A stretch of 64,000 nucleotides of DNA from Candidatus Woesearchaeota archaeon (GCA_043803105.1 JAZDKJ010000006.1:364222-428221); one strand, 5' to 3'. Shown: positions 26,673 through 35,877, numbered from the stretch's first letter. Numbers and translations are program-made. Notes: a model not told the origin generated them from the sequence alone.

Positions 26673-27659
26673 TTGTATTTGCAGCTGGGTATGGATGCGT
26701 CAAACGAATACTATGCTTTTGTTATCACTTCATGCCGTGGCAATCGCCTCAAGGAGTTTTGCCTGACACCTGCGAAGCGCCTTGTCACCTCACGCGTTTG
26801 TGTCAAAGCAAGCTTGGTTGACTACCAACATAAGCTTGCAGCTCGAGCTGTCTATAATTATAGGGTCGGAGATTCTGTTCTTGTACCGAGTGCAAGCATA
26901 GACAGTTTGACTGACGTTGTCAGCGAGTCCTGGGATGAATTCGTTGTGAATCTTGGGCCATGTTTGAAAAAGGGTGACCATGTCCAGGCGCCAGGGCATA
27001 AAACTTCTCGTGGTTACCATCAGAGCAATTCAGACATAAAGTCAGTTTTTCACACCTCGGTTTCGTTTGGTGGCCTTGATTTGTACTGCAGTCTTTTGCT
27101 CAAGAATACAAAGATTACAGAGGTCATCGAGACTAGGCAGCCCTTCGATTGCCGAGTTAAGAAAGTGGCTAAGTCAAAGAACATCGAGCACGGCACAGTT
27201 GTTGTTGCAGAGCCTGTTGACGAGAACCTCAAATACAAGGGCAATGAAGTTTTTGTCGCGAATATGGGAGGTTTTTTCGTGCGTGATGGCAAGGCTTATA
27301 ATGGCTTGGCGGAATCGCTGACTCCTACCTTTTTGCATATGAAATACCCTGCCCTTGAAAGAGTCAACACTTATGTTCTTGTTGATAAAGAAGATGACTC
27401 CGCATTCCATGCGGCAAAAGGGGTCTATATTCTTGAGAATTGTGGGGTCACAGTGCTCAAGGAAAATTTAAACGATGAGGAACTGAGATATTTTTTGCAT
27501 TTTTTGCAGGAGATGTTTACCTTGCACAAAGGAAGGGATCATCCGTTTGTTGTGGTGCGTAACTGTCCAGCATACAAGGAGCCTGAACATCTCTTGGAGC
27601 ATTTTGGTTTTGATGCAGTGCGGCTGAGCCCGACCAAGTATTCTGATGTGTTCTATTAG
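26673..27659 (+). CDS. Hypothetical protein (328 aa)
   Basis: Long ORF with no family recognised. Confidence 0.4.
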   Translation: MYLQLGMDASNEYYAFVITSCRGNRLKEFCLTPAKRLVTSRVCVKASLVDYQHKLAARAVYNYRVGDSVLVPSASIDSLTDVVSESWDEFVVNLGPCLKKGDHVQAPGHKTSRGYHQSNSDIKSVFHTSVSFGGLDLYCSLLLKNTKITEVIETRQPFDCRVKKVAKSKNIEHGTVVVAEPVDENLKYKGNEVFVANMGGFFVRDGKAYNGLAESLTPTFLHMKYPALERVNTYVLVDKEDDSAFHAAKGVYILENCGVTVLKENLNDEELRYFLHFLQEMFTLHKGRDHPFVVVRNCPAYKEPEHLLEHFGFDAVRLSPTKYSDVFY

Positions 27660-27717
27660 CCAGTCAATTTGATGACTGGCTGCAGTGTATCGAATCCTGG
27701 GTTAAATTGTTGAATAA

Positions 27718-28371
27718 TCAACCGAAGAAATCTATAATGCTCTTGCGTGTTATCCTTCTTATCTTCCTTTCTATCTCCTCAGCATTTTCAAATTCCTTTT
27801 CCTTTTCCTTGAAAACCCTTGAGTGATAGAGGTTGCTCTTGGTGTTTGCCTTGTATTGCAGCTTCTTATGCAATAGTTCGTGATACATTACATAATCAAT
27901 TGCATCATCCCCGACCTTTCTCAGTATAGGACTTATGCTTATAGTGTTTGTGTGAAAGTTATAGCTACCCAATGTTCTCCTTGAGCCTTTTCCGAACAAG
28001 AGATTTGGTGCCTCCATCAATCCATAGAAATACTTTTTGTTAACCCGAAAGAAAGAATCAACCAATATTGGGTCCATCCGTGTTGCCGGAACCACTGTTC
28101 CAAGGTTTTTGATAAAGTGGTGATACAAGTCGATGTTAGTGCTTTTTGCAGGCTTTTTGAAAACCTTCACGAGCAGGCTCTGTACCAACCCTATCTGGAT
28201 GTCTTCGCTCACAGTCTTCCATTTCGAGCTCAATTGCATACTCAAGCTGCTTCTAGAAAATCTTACCCTTGCATTGTACGCCTTAAGCCGTCCGTATTCA
28301 AGCTTTGTTTCATAACCGGCAAGCTCTTTGTGATAGAGTCCTGAAAATGCTGCTTTGATTAGGTCGCTCAT
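27718..28371 (-). CDS. DUF45/YgjP-like metal-dependent hydrolase (HExxH)
   Basis: C-terminal IDYVMYHELLHKK is an HExxH zinc site placed as in COG1451. Confidence 0.5.
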   Translation of the reverse strand: MSDLIKAAFSGLYHKELAGYETKLEYGRLKAYNARVRFSRSSLSMQLSSKWKTVSEDIQIGLVQSLLVKVFKKPAKSTNIDLYHHFIKNLGTVVPATRMDPILVDSFFRVNKKYFYGLMEAPNLLFGKGSRRTLGSYNFHTNTISISPILRKVGDDAIDYVMYHELLHKKLQYKANTKSNLYHSRVFKEKEKEFENAEEIERKIRRITRKSIIDFFG

Positions 28372-29468
28372 CCCTGCAATTCATACCTTAGGATTGCTGC
28401 CACTTTGCCAAGGTCTCGCAATTGTACCCCTTCTCTTGTCTCTGTGGAGATTATCTTTACTTCGCTTCCCATCTCCTGCGCCTTTTTGTCTAGTTCTGTC
28501 ACAGTGTTCTCGTCAAGCGCGTCTGACACAAGTAGTGTGTTTACCATCCCTATCTCCAGGGCATGGCGTACTTCCTTTAGCCCATAGGCGACCATTCCTT
28601 GCTTTGTTGCTAGTAATTCAAAGAACCTTGCCATTATCTTTTTCTCGTCAGCTATTTCCTCATTTGCTAGCACATCCTGGCTTTTGTCAAGAAGTTCCTG
28701 AAGCCCGAAATCCCCAGTATAGGATAAGTCCTTTATAGCGATTATCTTTTTCTTCACCTCGTTTGTGATAAAATCTCCGTCAACAAACTCATATTTTGTT
28801 GGCCCAGGCCCTCCCACAAGTATTCCCTTTATTTCGCTCTTCCCAAGGAATGCGTCTTTTGCCATCTCCCCAATCTTTTGGTAGAATTCCTTCGCTGAAT
28901 CCTCCCTTATCCTCATGAATCTTGCTGCTGATTGCCCTCCTGCCCTTGTCTTTCCAGGAACGTTTGATTTGGCAGAAGCGATTGGTATTATGCTTTTTCC
29001 TTTGAGCATTGCCACATCTCCATCGCGCCTATCCAAGACTATCATACCGAAAGCGTCCTTGATATCAGTCATGTCCCTCAGCAAGTCAAGCACGAATTCC
29101 TTGTCGCACCTGTAAATCCTTGTTTTAAGCGGCTCTGGGGGCTCAATGCTCCACACCCTGAAATCTTGCCCTCCCTCCCGTTCTGATACGTTTCCGGAAA
29201 AAACCGCCAATCCATCGGGAGGTGTTCTCTTGAAAAGCTTAAGGTGCTGTATCATTTTTTCCAGCGCATCCTGCACATTCTTGCGTGTTGCTGAAGACTT
29301 TATGTTTGACGCAGTGCCCTGCTCCTGAGAAAGATGGTTTATTATCTTGTTCAAGTCATAGTCTGCTGGCACGTAAACGCTCACAAGCTCAGTGTGCCTA
29401 CCCTTGTATTTTTCCAGTTCCTTCACAAACTTCTGAAGGTCATATCTTTGTTTTGCAGTTAATGTCAT
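28368..29468 (-). CDS. prf1: Peptide chain release factor aRF1
   Basis: Both the NIKS motif (TASNIKS) and the GGQ motif (RAGGQSAARF) are present. Length is 366 aa. Confidence 0.9.
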   Translation of the reverse strand: MTLTAKQRYDLQKFVKELEKYKGRHTELVSVYVPADYDLNKIINHLSQEQGTASNIKSSATRKNVQDALEKMIQHLKLFKRTPPDGLAVFSGNVSEREGGQDFRVWSIEPPEPLKTRIYRCDKEFVLDLLRDMTDIKDAFGMIVLDRRDGDVAMLKGKSIIPIASAKSNVPGKTRAGGQSAARFMRIREDSAKEFYQKIGEMAKDAFLGKSEIKGILVGGPGPTKYEFVDGDFITNEVKKKIIAIKDLSYTGDFGLQELLDKSQDVLANEEIADEKKIMARFFELLATKQGMVAYGLKEVRHALEIGMVNTLLVSDALDENTVTELDKKAQEMGSEVKIISTETREGVQLRDLGKVAAILRYELQG

Positions 29469-29572
29469 GATTCAAACTAACTTATCAGGGTATTTAAAAA
29501 TTGTGTTGTGTTCATGCCTGCAAAAAGCTGCCTTGCCAGTCAGATTGACAGGCTCAGGCAAAAAGCATTAAC

Positions 29573-29580
29573 TTTATAAA
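29573..29580 (+). promoter_or_regulatory. Putative TATA box (TTTATAAA) upstream of the tRNA-Pro leader
   Basis: TTTATAAA is preceded by AAAAAG (BRE-like), about 55 nt upstream of the pseudo-5' copy and about 130 nt upstream of the mature tRNA-Pro 5' end. Confidence 0.35.
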
Positions 29581-29637
29581 TCACTGGTCGGCTCTGTACA
29601 ATAATCAAGGAGCAGTACACTTGACCTTACAATCATT

Positions 29638-29710
29638 GGGGCTGCGGGGGAGCTGCGAAGTCAGCTCGCACCTTCGTGGGACATAAAGTCCCCCTGACAT
29701 CACAATCAAT
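29638..29710 (+). repeat. Leader element of tRNA-Pro: an imperfect copy of the tRNA-Pro 5' end followed by a conserved hairpin
   Basis: GGGGCTGCGGGGGAGC matches tRNA-Pro GGGGCTGTGGGGTAGC at 14 of 16 positions. This is followed by GAGCTG-CGAAG-TCAGCTC-GCACC, the same hairpin family as in the tRNA-Tyr leader, and then a GGGAC-ATAAA-GTCCC hairpin. Confidence 0.45.
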
Positions 29711-29827
29711 GGGGCTGTGGGGTAGCTTGGTCTAGCCTATCTGGTTTGGGGCAATGCAAAAAACCAGATGACCCCGGTTCGAAAGTTTTATAAAAGGCTG
29801 ATTAACTCGAAAATCCGGGCAGCCCCA
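29711..29827 (+). tRNA. tRNA-Pro (anticodon UGG) with two putative introns: the canonical 37/38 site (12 nt) and a site after the T-loop (about 30 nt)
   Basis: GGGGCTG-TG-GGGTAGCTTGGTCTAGCCTA-TCTGG-TTTGGG[GCAATGCAAAAA]A-CCAGA-TGAC-CCCGG-TTCGAAA[GTTTTATAAAAGGCTGATTAACTCGAAAAT]CCGGG-CAGCCCC-A. Confidence 0.6.
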
Positions 29828-29925
29828 CTCATGTTCGTGGTTGGTCTTCCCAATGGGAAGACGCACCCTTTAGGGTGCCGATGCAGTCAACAGGCATTTC
29901 TGTTGATCCGGGCCGCCCCCACTCA
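29828..29925 (+). repeat. Trailer element of tRNA-Pro: three hairpins followed by an imperfect copy of the tRNA-Pro 3' end
   Basis: ATCCGGGCCGCCCCCACTCA resembles the real 3' end ATCCGGGCAGCCCCACTCA. The intervening 74 nt folds into TCTTCCC-AAT-GGGAAGA, GCACCC-TTT-AGGGTGC and CAACAG...CTGTTG hairpins. Confidence 0.4.
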
Positions 29926-29977
29926 GTTTTGTTGGCTAAAAACATGGGAAAACGCTGCACAAAGGGCAATTCGCAAA

Positions 29978-30286
29978 ATGGGAGAAAAACAATTCGGTTC
30001 AATCAAGAGGTTTGGAGCAAGGTACGGTCGTACTGTCAAACATAACCTCGCAAAGATAGAGGAAGGATTAAGGAATTTCCAGAAGTGCCCGTACTGTTTT
30101 GCAGTCAAGGTCAAGAGAGTATCTTCTGGAGTGTGGCATTGCCGCAAGTGCGATGCCAAGTTTACAGGCAAGGCATATATTGTTTCAGGCAAGCTAAAAC
30201 CTATTGTCCTTGCAAAACCTATCGAGGAAGTTGATGAGGAGATGTCTTTAGGGAAAAAGAAGGAAAAGGTTTCTGAGGAAGAATGA
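29978..30286 (+). CDS. rpl37ae: 50S ribosomal protein L37Ae (eL43)
   Basis: RFGARYGRTVKHNLAKIEEGLRNFQKCPYCFAVKVKRVSSGVWHCRKCDAKFTGKAY includes the zinc ribbon. The start is the Met at 29978; the ORF-track N-terminal extension overlaps tRNA-Pro. Confidence 0.85.
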   Translation: MGEKQFGSIKRFGARYGRTVKHNLAKIEEGLRNFQKCPYCFAVKVKRVSSGVWHCRKCDAKFTGKAYIVSGKLKPIVLAKPIEEVDEEMSLGKKKEKVSEEE

Positions 30287-30420
30287 CAAAATACAAGTGT
30301 TTTAATTGCAATAAAAGGGTGAGCGAGGAGTATGTAGGCAAAAGGGTTAGATGCCCTTATTGCGGAAGCAAGATGCTGTTTAAGCCTCGCAGCGTGCTGA
30401 CCAAGGTCAAAGCCCGATAA
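30283..30420 (+). CDS. rpoP: DNA-directed RNA polymerase subunit P (Rpb12 homolog)
   Basis: 45 aa, MTKYKCFNCNKRVSEEYVGKRVRCPYCGSKMLFKPRSVLTKVKAR, with a CxxC...CxxC zinc ribbon. It shows the conserved L37Ae-RpoP adjacency and an ATGA overlap with L37Ae. Confidence 0.7.
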   Translation: MTKYKCFNCNKRVSEEYVGKRVRCPYCGSKMLFKPRSVLTKVKAR

Positions 30421-30767
30421 TGAAAATTGACAAGGATGTTGAGCAGAAGATTAAGCGCCTTCAGCTCTATGAACAAAACATGCAGGCGCTTGCTTCACAA
30501 AAGCAGCAGTTCCAAAACCAGCTTGTTGAGATTGAATCAGCATTGGCTGAGCTGGAAACCGCAGAAGTCTCGTACAAAATCATAGCAAATATCATGGTGA
30601 AGTCAGAGAAGCCCGCATTGAAGGCTGAGCTGGAGCAGAAAAAGGAGATGCTCGAGCTTCACATCAAGACCCTGGACAAACAAGAGTCCAGCATTCGCGA
30701 CAAGTCAAAGCAGATTCAGCAGGAAGTTCTAGGCACGATCAAAAATGAAGAAGACAAACCCAAGTGA
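30420..30767 (+). CDS. pfdB: Prefoldin beta subunit
   Basis: 115-aa coiled-coil protein with a prefoldin-beta heptad pattern. It occupies the conserved position after rpoP. Confidence 0.75.
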   Translation: MKIDKDVEQKIKRLQLYEQNMQALASQKQQFQNQLVEIESALAELETAEVSYKIIANIMVKSEKPALKAELEQKKEMLELHIKTLDKQESSIRDKSKQIQQEVLGTIKNEEDKPK

Positions 30768-30999
30768 TCTGGAGCTCATTTTCTTAGCACTCCAAGAGTT
30801 GATTGATGATACAACTGTTCCCAGGAACGTTAAGTCAAAGGTTGAGGCAGTGCAAAAGATTTTGAAGGAAGAATGCGGGCTGTCCACCCGAGTAAACAAG
30901 GCCTTGAACGAGCTGGAGGAGATTGCTAACGACACGAACATGCAGGCTTACACAAGAACCCAGCTCTGGAATGTTGTCAGCCTTCTTGAAAAGCTTTAG
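30745..30999 (+). CDS. UPF0147-family protein
   Basis: 84 aa, DDTTVPRNVKSKVEAVQKIL...NDTNMQAYTRTQLWNVVSLLE is typical of archaeal UPF0147 proteins, which commonly follow prefoldin beta. Confidence 0.55.
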   Translation: MKKTNPSDLELIFLALQELIDDTTVPRNVKSKVEAVQKILKEECGLSTRVNKALNELEEIANDTNMQAYTRTQLWNVVSLLEKL

Positions 31000-31531
31000 A
31001 TAATGTAGCGTTCGGAACATAAATCTTATCTCCAGTTTCTGTTTCTATGAGTGTCTCTGTCATTCCTATGTGCTCAAGCCTTCCGTGCAATCCCTTGAGC
31101 CTTAGCCTTTTGCCTTTGGCTGGATATTTCTTCTTGAGTTTAAACCCTGCTACCAGGTTTGGAAAAAAACTTCTTAGTCCAAGGAATGTTGAGATGATTA
31201 AGATTATCAGGAGTGCTGAGGCGCTCAAGAACAATACCGGCCTTGTCAGGCCTAACTGGTTTAATGCTGCTATGATTGCAATGAAGTAAATGGTTAAGGT
31301 GCACAATGTTCCTATGAGAGCATCTGGCGCCACCTTCAGGTGCATTTTCTTCGACAATGTTTTCAGCTCTGCCTCTTTGAGTATCCTTTGTACAAGCCTT
31401 CCCACCACCTTGCCTACTATGATGCCTATAAGTATTATGAGCACAGCAAGGACCATTCGTGCTAAAATGCCCGAGAATATTCTTGTGACCCATGGAAACT
31501 GGGTTATTGCAAGGAGTTCAGCTTCTGCCAT
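30977..31531 (-). CDS. Small-conductance mechanosensitive channel (MscS-like)
   Basis: 184 aa with N-terminal TM helices and a C-terminal beta domain (LRLKGLHGRLEHIGMTETLIETETGDKIYVPNATL). Confidence 0.65.
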   Translation of the reverse strand: MAEAELLAITQFPWVTRIFSGILARMVLAVLIILIGIIVGKVVGRLVQRILKEAELKTLSKKMHLKVAPDALIGTLCTLTIYFIAIIAALNQLGLTRPVLFLSASALLIILIISTFLGLRSFFPNLVAGFKLKKKYPAKGKRLRLKGLHGRLEHIGMTETLIETETGDKIYVPNATLSKAFQEG

Positions 31532-31613
31532 GCCTGTTCAAAGCATTTCAAGATTATTTAAAACTTGTGTTGAGACCAAAACATTTTAATTCTTCGCTGT
31601 TAAACTGTGGCTA

Positions 31614-32708
31614 ATGGATGAAATCTCCAGGAATATCCTGCCTCAGAAGATAAAGGAGTTGGAAGACGAGCTCGCCAAGACCAAGTACAACAAGCGAACA
31701 CAGCATGCCATTGGGCTCCTCAAGGCAAAGATTGCCTTATTGAAGGAGAAGCATGAGCAAAAGTCAAAGAAGGGCGGCCCACTCTATGGCTTTGCTGTAA
31801 AGAAGACTGGCGACGCTACCGTAGTTTTTTTCGGCTATCCCTCTGTCGGCAAAAGCACTCTTCTCAATAGGTTGACAAACGCAAAGTCAGCTGTTGCAGG
31901 TTATGCCTTTACCACAGTATCAGTCATTCCAGGATTGATGGATTACAACAACACCAAGATCCAGCTTCTTGACATCCCGGGCATTATTGCTGGCGCTGCC
32001 ACAGGTTCTGGCCGCGGTAGGGAAGTTCTTGCCATTGTCAGGAATGCTGACCTTCTTGTCATTATTGTTGAAGCACTTCACACTGAGCAAATCAATATAC
32101 TAAAGGATGAGTTGTACAGGTCAGGCGTACGGATAAATCAAAAACCTCCTCAAGTGAAGATTACTAATACCATGCAAGGTGGTATAGTGGTGGATTCTAC
32201 AATCAAGCTCTCAAAGCTAGGTCGTGATACAATAAGGGATATATTGAGGGAATTCAGGATAATGAACGGACATGTGCTCATAAGGGAGGACATCTCTACT
32301 GACCAGTTGATTGATGTGCTTACAGCCAATTGCAAATATCTTCCCTGCATCGTTGTGGCAAACAAGAGCGACCTTCTCAGTCAAAAGCAGCACATCAAGG
32401 GTTGCGACCTCATGATTTCTGCAAAGCATGACCCTAGTCTGGAAGAGCTGCGCAAGCTGATTTTTCTAAGACTCGAACTTATTCGCGTTTTCTGCAAAGA
32501 GGCTGGCAAGCCTGCAGATATGCAGGTTCCGCTGATTCTGAAGAAAGGCAGCAATGTTGAGGATGTTTGCCTCAAGCTTCACAGGGATTTTGTGCCCAGG
32601 TTCAAGATTGCCAAGGTCTGGGGGAAGAGCGCTAAGTTCCCTGGCCAGCAGCTTGGTATAAATCATGTTGTGCAAGATATGGACATAGTTGAGCTTCATC
32701 TGCACTAG
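31614..32708 (+). CDS. Developmentally regulated GTP-binding protein (DRG/Obg family) with a TGS domain
   Basis: G1 GYPSVGKSTLL, G2 FTT, G3 DIPG and a C-terminal TGS-like region are present. Length is 364 aa. Confidence 0.85.
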   Translation: MDEISRNILPQKIKELEDELAKTKYNKRTQHAIGLLKAKIALLKEKHEQKSKKGGPLYGFAVKKTGDATVVFFGYPSVGKSTLLNRLTNAKSAVAGYAFTTVSVIPGLMDYNNTKIQLLDIPGIIAGAATGSGRGREVLAIVRNADLLVIIVEALHTEQINILKDELYRSGVRINQKPPQVKITNTMQGGIVVDSTIKLSKLGRDTIRDILREFRIMNGHVLIREDISTDQLIDVLTANCKYLPCIVVANKSDLLSQKQHIKGCDLMISAKHDPSLEELRKLIFLRLELIRVFCKEAGKPADMQVPLILKKGSNVEDVCLKLHRDFVPRFKIAKVWGKSAKFPGQQLGINHVVQDMDIVELHLH

Positions 32709-32738
32709 CTTTAAATACATCCTGCAAACTGCAAAGAC

Positions 32739-34040
32739 TTGATGAAACCAATAACCATAATTGCATTATTGTGCCTTTTCCTTGTTGCCTGCTCCGTCCA
32801 ACAGCCTGTACAATCTCCTACAGCCAAGGACCTTGGAGAAAGGCAAGTTAAGACCACCATTCCTGATAAGCAAACTATTCCCGAAAAGCAGACCATCGTT
32901 GCCCTTCCAAACACAAATTTCTCTCTTAGGCAAATTGAGTCTTTGATTTACTCTCTCTCAGCCGTGGACTATGAGTTCAGCCAAGACCTTACTGATGAGC
33001 CAATCGTTTCAGAACTAAGAAAAAAACAGCAATTCCTCGCAATGTCCGAAAATACAAACAAGTTTTTTGTTGTCCAACAGCTCAAGCAAGGCAAGCTACA
33101 GACACTCTCAGATTTCTATAACTTCGAGAAGAGTCCGGATTGGCAGCTTTGGCGTTATTATATTAATGAGACAAAGTGGCACTGGGCTTACAAGCCACTC
33201 AGCCAGAAAGAACTTGCTAGGTTGCTTCCAGGTTATTCCTATTTGTCTTATACTGCTCCCGACTCTGATTGGATTGATGTGGATATTTTCGAGCAGCCGG
33301 TCATGACAAGCCTTGGCCCGATCCTGGAGTACAGGATGTTCTTGACAAAGTATAACCAGTTTGGTTTTGCCCAGGATGAGTGGCAGCCTGCAGTGATTTT
33401 ATATAAGGTTCCGTGCTCAGAATCAACAGTCTTTTACCTGAGGCCAAAAAGAGGCCTTGACTTTGGTTATGCTGTGCAGCTTAACCAGAAAAAGTCTGAT
33501 TATCTTCACAACTGGGACAGGGAAATCTTAAAAAAACAGCCATTGATGATAAATTATAGTGAATCAATAATGCGTGCCTGCGGCTTAAACAGATCATCCT
33601 TCACCTCCGCAAATCCATCAACTTATGAGGACCATTTTAGTTTGGTAGTGAACAACAAGGTCTATTTCAAGAAGTTGTTCAATTTTTCAATGGATGCTAG
33701 GGTCTCGCTCAGGGAAAAGCCGCCTTATGATGCTTATCACATTGAAGACCTCAATCTGAGTTTTGTCTATTCAGACAAGTTCATGAGGATCACCGATTAT
33801 CATGTGAGCGTGAAGATTTTGATCAATGATTCAGGATGGATTAAGGACTATGCTGAGTACCAGATTGTTGGTGACCCTGTTCCTTTCGGTAGGCAGGTCC
33901 AGAGGAATTTCAGTGTCTTCAAGGACATCACTTTTGGCCCTAACGCAACCATTATACTGATTCCCTATCTTGGCACAGTGGACACTTTTGAGGCATGGCG
34001 CTATTATATTGGTGAGCCTATAGCCAGGAAGATAAGCTGA
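32739..34040 (+). CDS. Secreted lipoprotein, hypothetical (433 aa)
   Basis: Signal peptide with an LVAC|S lipobox and a Pro/Thr/Gln-rich linker. Confidence 0.5.
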   Translation: MMKPITIIALLCLFLVACSVQQPVQSPTAKDLGERQVKTTIPDKQTIPEKQTIVALPNTNFSLRQIESLIYSLSAVDYEFSQDLTDEPIVSELRKKQQFLAMSENTNKFFVVQQLKQGKLQTLSDFYNFEKSPDWQLWRYYINETKWHWAYKPLSQKELARLLPGYSYLSYTAPDSDWIDVDIFEQPVMTSLGPILEYRMFLTKYNQFGFAQDEWQPAVILYKVPCSESTVFYLRPKRGLDFGYAVQLNQKKSDYLHNWDREILKKQPLMINYSESIMRACGLNRSSFTSANPSTYEDHFSLVVNNKVYFKKLFNFSMDARVSLREKPPYDAYHIEDLNLSFVYSDKFMRITDYHVSVKILINDSGWIKDYAEYQIVGDPVPFGRQVQRNFSVFKDITFGPNATIILIPYLGTVDTFEAWRYYIGEPIARKIS

Positions 34041-34079
34041 CGAAAGCATTAAATACGAACCAAGAAACAAGGTTCAAAG

Positions 34080-34316
34080 GTGAGATTTATGGCAAAGAAG
34101 AATGAATCAAGCAATGACGAGCAAATCGGTTTTCACAAGGGTGCCCTTTCCACACTCGCAAAGGAGCGTGAGGAGATGGCAAAGATTCTGTCCATTGTCG
34201 AGCAGCTTATGCAGATGCACGTCAAGGCTCTAAAGGAACTTGGTGTTGACCTTGCTGCCCAGGCAAAGGAGTTTGAGGCAAAGCAGAAATCCAAGAAGAT
34301 TGATGATATGTTATGA
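34080..34316 (+). CDS. Small coiled-coil protein, hypothetical
   Basis: 78 aa, rich in charged residues and helical. Its stop overlaps the next gene. Confidence 0.3.
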   Translation: MRFMAKKNESSNDEQIGFHKGALSTLAKEREEMAKILSIVEQLMQMHVKALKELGVDLAAQAKEFEAKQKSKKIDDML

Positions 34317-34702
34317 AGGTTTCTTTTTCTGCTTTTGGCCATCCCAACATCACTGCAACCCACAAGACCACTTTAGAGATAACAAGCGATTCTGAAGTCT
34401 CAGCTTCAGGAACGTGCATTATCGGAGTTAGGGCAAAGATTCCTGACCTGAGATGTTTTCTTGACAAGCCCTCGATTATCATATTGCTCAAGGTAGCTGG
34501 ACTGGAGGACAAGATAAGATGTGTGCCGAACCCCTCGTTTCAAAGTGATAAAGAGCTGGTTGTTAGGATGGGAGAATTCAAGTCACCAAGGACATTTGGG
34601 TTAAGGGCTGACAAGGCTTCAAGACACATTGACCGGAGGATTGCGCAATTGCTCAAGGATAGTTCAATGCGCCTTCAAATTGAGGTGACTGATGAGGCGT
34701 AA
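34313..34702 (+). CDS. Conserved archaeal protein (DUF371-like)
   Basis: 129 aa, FGHPNITATHKTTLEITSDSEVSASGTCIIGV pattern. It is translationally coupled to the PUA-domain gene. Confidence 0.4.
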   Translation: MKVSFSAFGHPNITATHKTTLEITSDSEVSASGTCIIGVRAKIPDLRCFLDKPSIIILLKVAGLEDKIRCVPNPSFQSDKELVVRMGEFKSPRTFGLRADKASRHIDRRIAQLLKDSSMRLQIEVTDEA

Positions 34703-35150
34703 GCAGCTCAGTAAGGCAGAGATAAAGGAGTTCGCAGATAAGCTCTGTGCCCTATACCCTGGTTATCAGCTTTCAAAAAAAGACCAGGTCGAGTTGGTTG
34801 ACGAGAAGATCATTCTTATCAACAGGCAATCCTCTTTCTTCCTGCGTGAAGGCGTTCCTGTTCCAACTCTCAGGCTGCTTTTGAAGAATCAATTTCTTAA
34901 GACCTTAGTGGTTGATATGGGCGCTGTTGGGTTTGTTGCCGAAGGCGCTGATGTGATGCGGCCAGGAATAGTTGGTTTCGACAATGACATAACTGAAGGC
35001 GAGTTTGTTGCAGTCGTTGACTTGCAGAACCGAAAACCGCTTGCTGTTTGCCAGGCTGTTATGTCCTCAGAACAATTGAAGTCGACCGGCTCGGGCAAGT
35101 CGTGCAAGAACCTGCATCATGTAGGGGATGAGATCTGGTCCGTTACTTGA
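34692..35150 (+). CDS. PUA-domain RNA-binding protein
   Basis: 152 aa with a C-terminal PUA-like region (GAVGFVAEGADVMRPGIVGFD...GEFVAVVDLQNRKPLAVCQA). Confidence 0.55.
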   Translation: MRRKQLSKAEIKEFADKLCALYPGYQLSKKDQVELVDEKIILINRQSSFFLREGVPVPTLRLLLKNQFLKTLVVDMGAVGFVAEGADVMRPGIVGFDNDITEGEFVAVVDLQNRKPLAVCQAVMSSEQLKSTGSGKSCKNLHHVGDEIWSVT

Positions 35151-35586
35151 TGCGTCTTGTCTTTGGCACATAGTTCAATATCCTTCCCTGTCTTGCGCTT
35201 CCGCAGCCAAGATAATGTTCCTTATGTTTCACGATCACAAATCCGTCCTGGCATTCCTTTTCTAAGTCAAAGCCTTTCAGCCAGCTCATTTCTTCCTGTT
35301 CATTCACTTCAACAATATTTTTTGTTGCGCCTGGGCCTATGATTTGGCTTCCTTCCATTGACAGCCTAAGCCTTTCGTGTGTTATCTCTCCGAAATAAAG
35401 CCCTACAGAATTGATTCGTAGCGCCTTTAGCTCTATCAACCCAAAATCCCGAGTGGTTAGGAAAATCCTTGACTTGTTGTTCATCAGGAATACGTACTCA
35501 AGTTTTGCCTTGAATCCCCATTGGTCTTCAAGGAGCACAGCTATCTTCTTTATTTCATGGGTGTTTAATATACTAAGGTTGTCCAT
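35143..35586 (-). CDS. Nip7-like protein (pre-PUA plus PUA domain)
   Basis: 147 aa. The C-terminus DGFVIVKHKEHYLGCGSARQGRILNYVPKTRRI is PUA-like and the overall pattern matches archaeal Nip7 homologs. Confidence 0.45.
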   Translation of the reverse strand: MDNLSILNTHEIKKIAVLLEDQWGFKAKLEYVFLMNNKSRIFLTTRDFGLIELKALRINSVGLYFGEITHERLRLSMEGSQIIGPGATKNIVEVNEQEEMSWLKGFDLEKECQDGFVIVKHKEHYLGCGSARQGRILNYVPKTRRIK

Positions 35587-35590
35587 AATT

Positions 35591-35791
35591 CTATGAGTTT
35601 AGCATTCCATCCATTGTGTCATGTACAACTTCCTTGAAAGTCCTGTACTCGTTAGGGTCTATAGCCTTCTGATAGAGCGCTTCAAGCACAGCACAACCCA
35701 CAGACATCCCATATTTAATGCTACCTGCTTCAGGAAGCGCTGCCAGCACAGCCACTGAGTTCACTATTGCTGCTTCAAGGTTTACATCCAT
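35591..35791 (-). CDS. Hypothetical small protein (66 aa)
   Basis: ORF only. Confidence 0.25.
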   Translation of the reverse strand: MDVNLEAAIVNSVAVLAALPEAGSIKYGMSVGCAVLEALYQKAIDPNEYRTFKEVVHDTMDGMLNS

Positions 35792-35877
35792 ACAAACCTT
35801 TCTCTCAGTGTGATATTTAAATATTTAGTTTCATTCAAACATAAAAGCTTAAATATCCATTTTAACAGTATATCCTT

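Noticed and set aside
29768-29977. N-terminal 70-aa extension of the L37Ae ORF
   Set aside because: It overlaps tRNA-Pro and its trailer element. The L37Ae homology starts at the Met at 29978.
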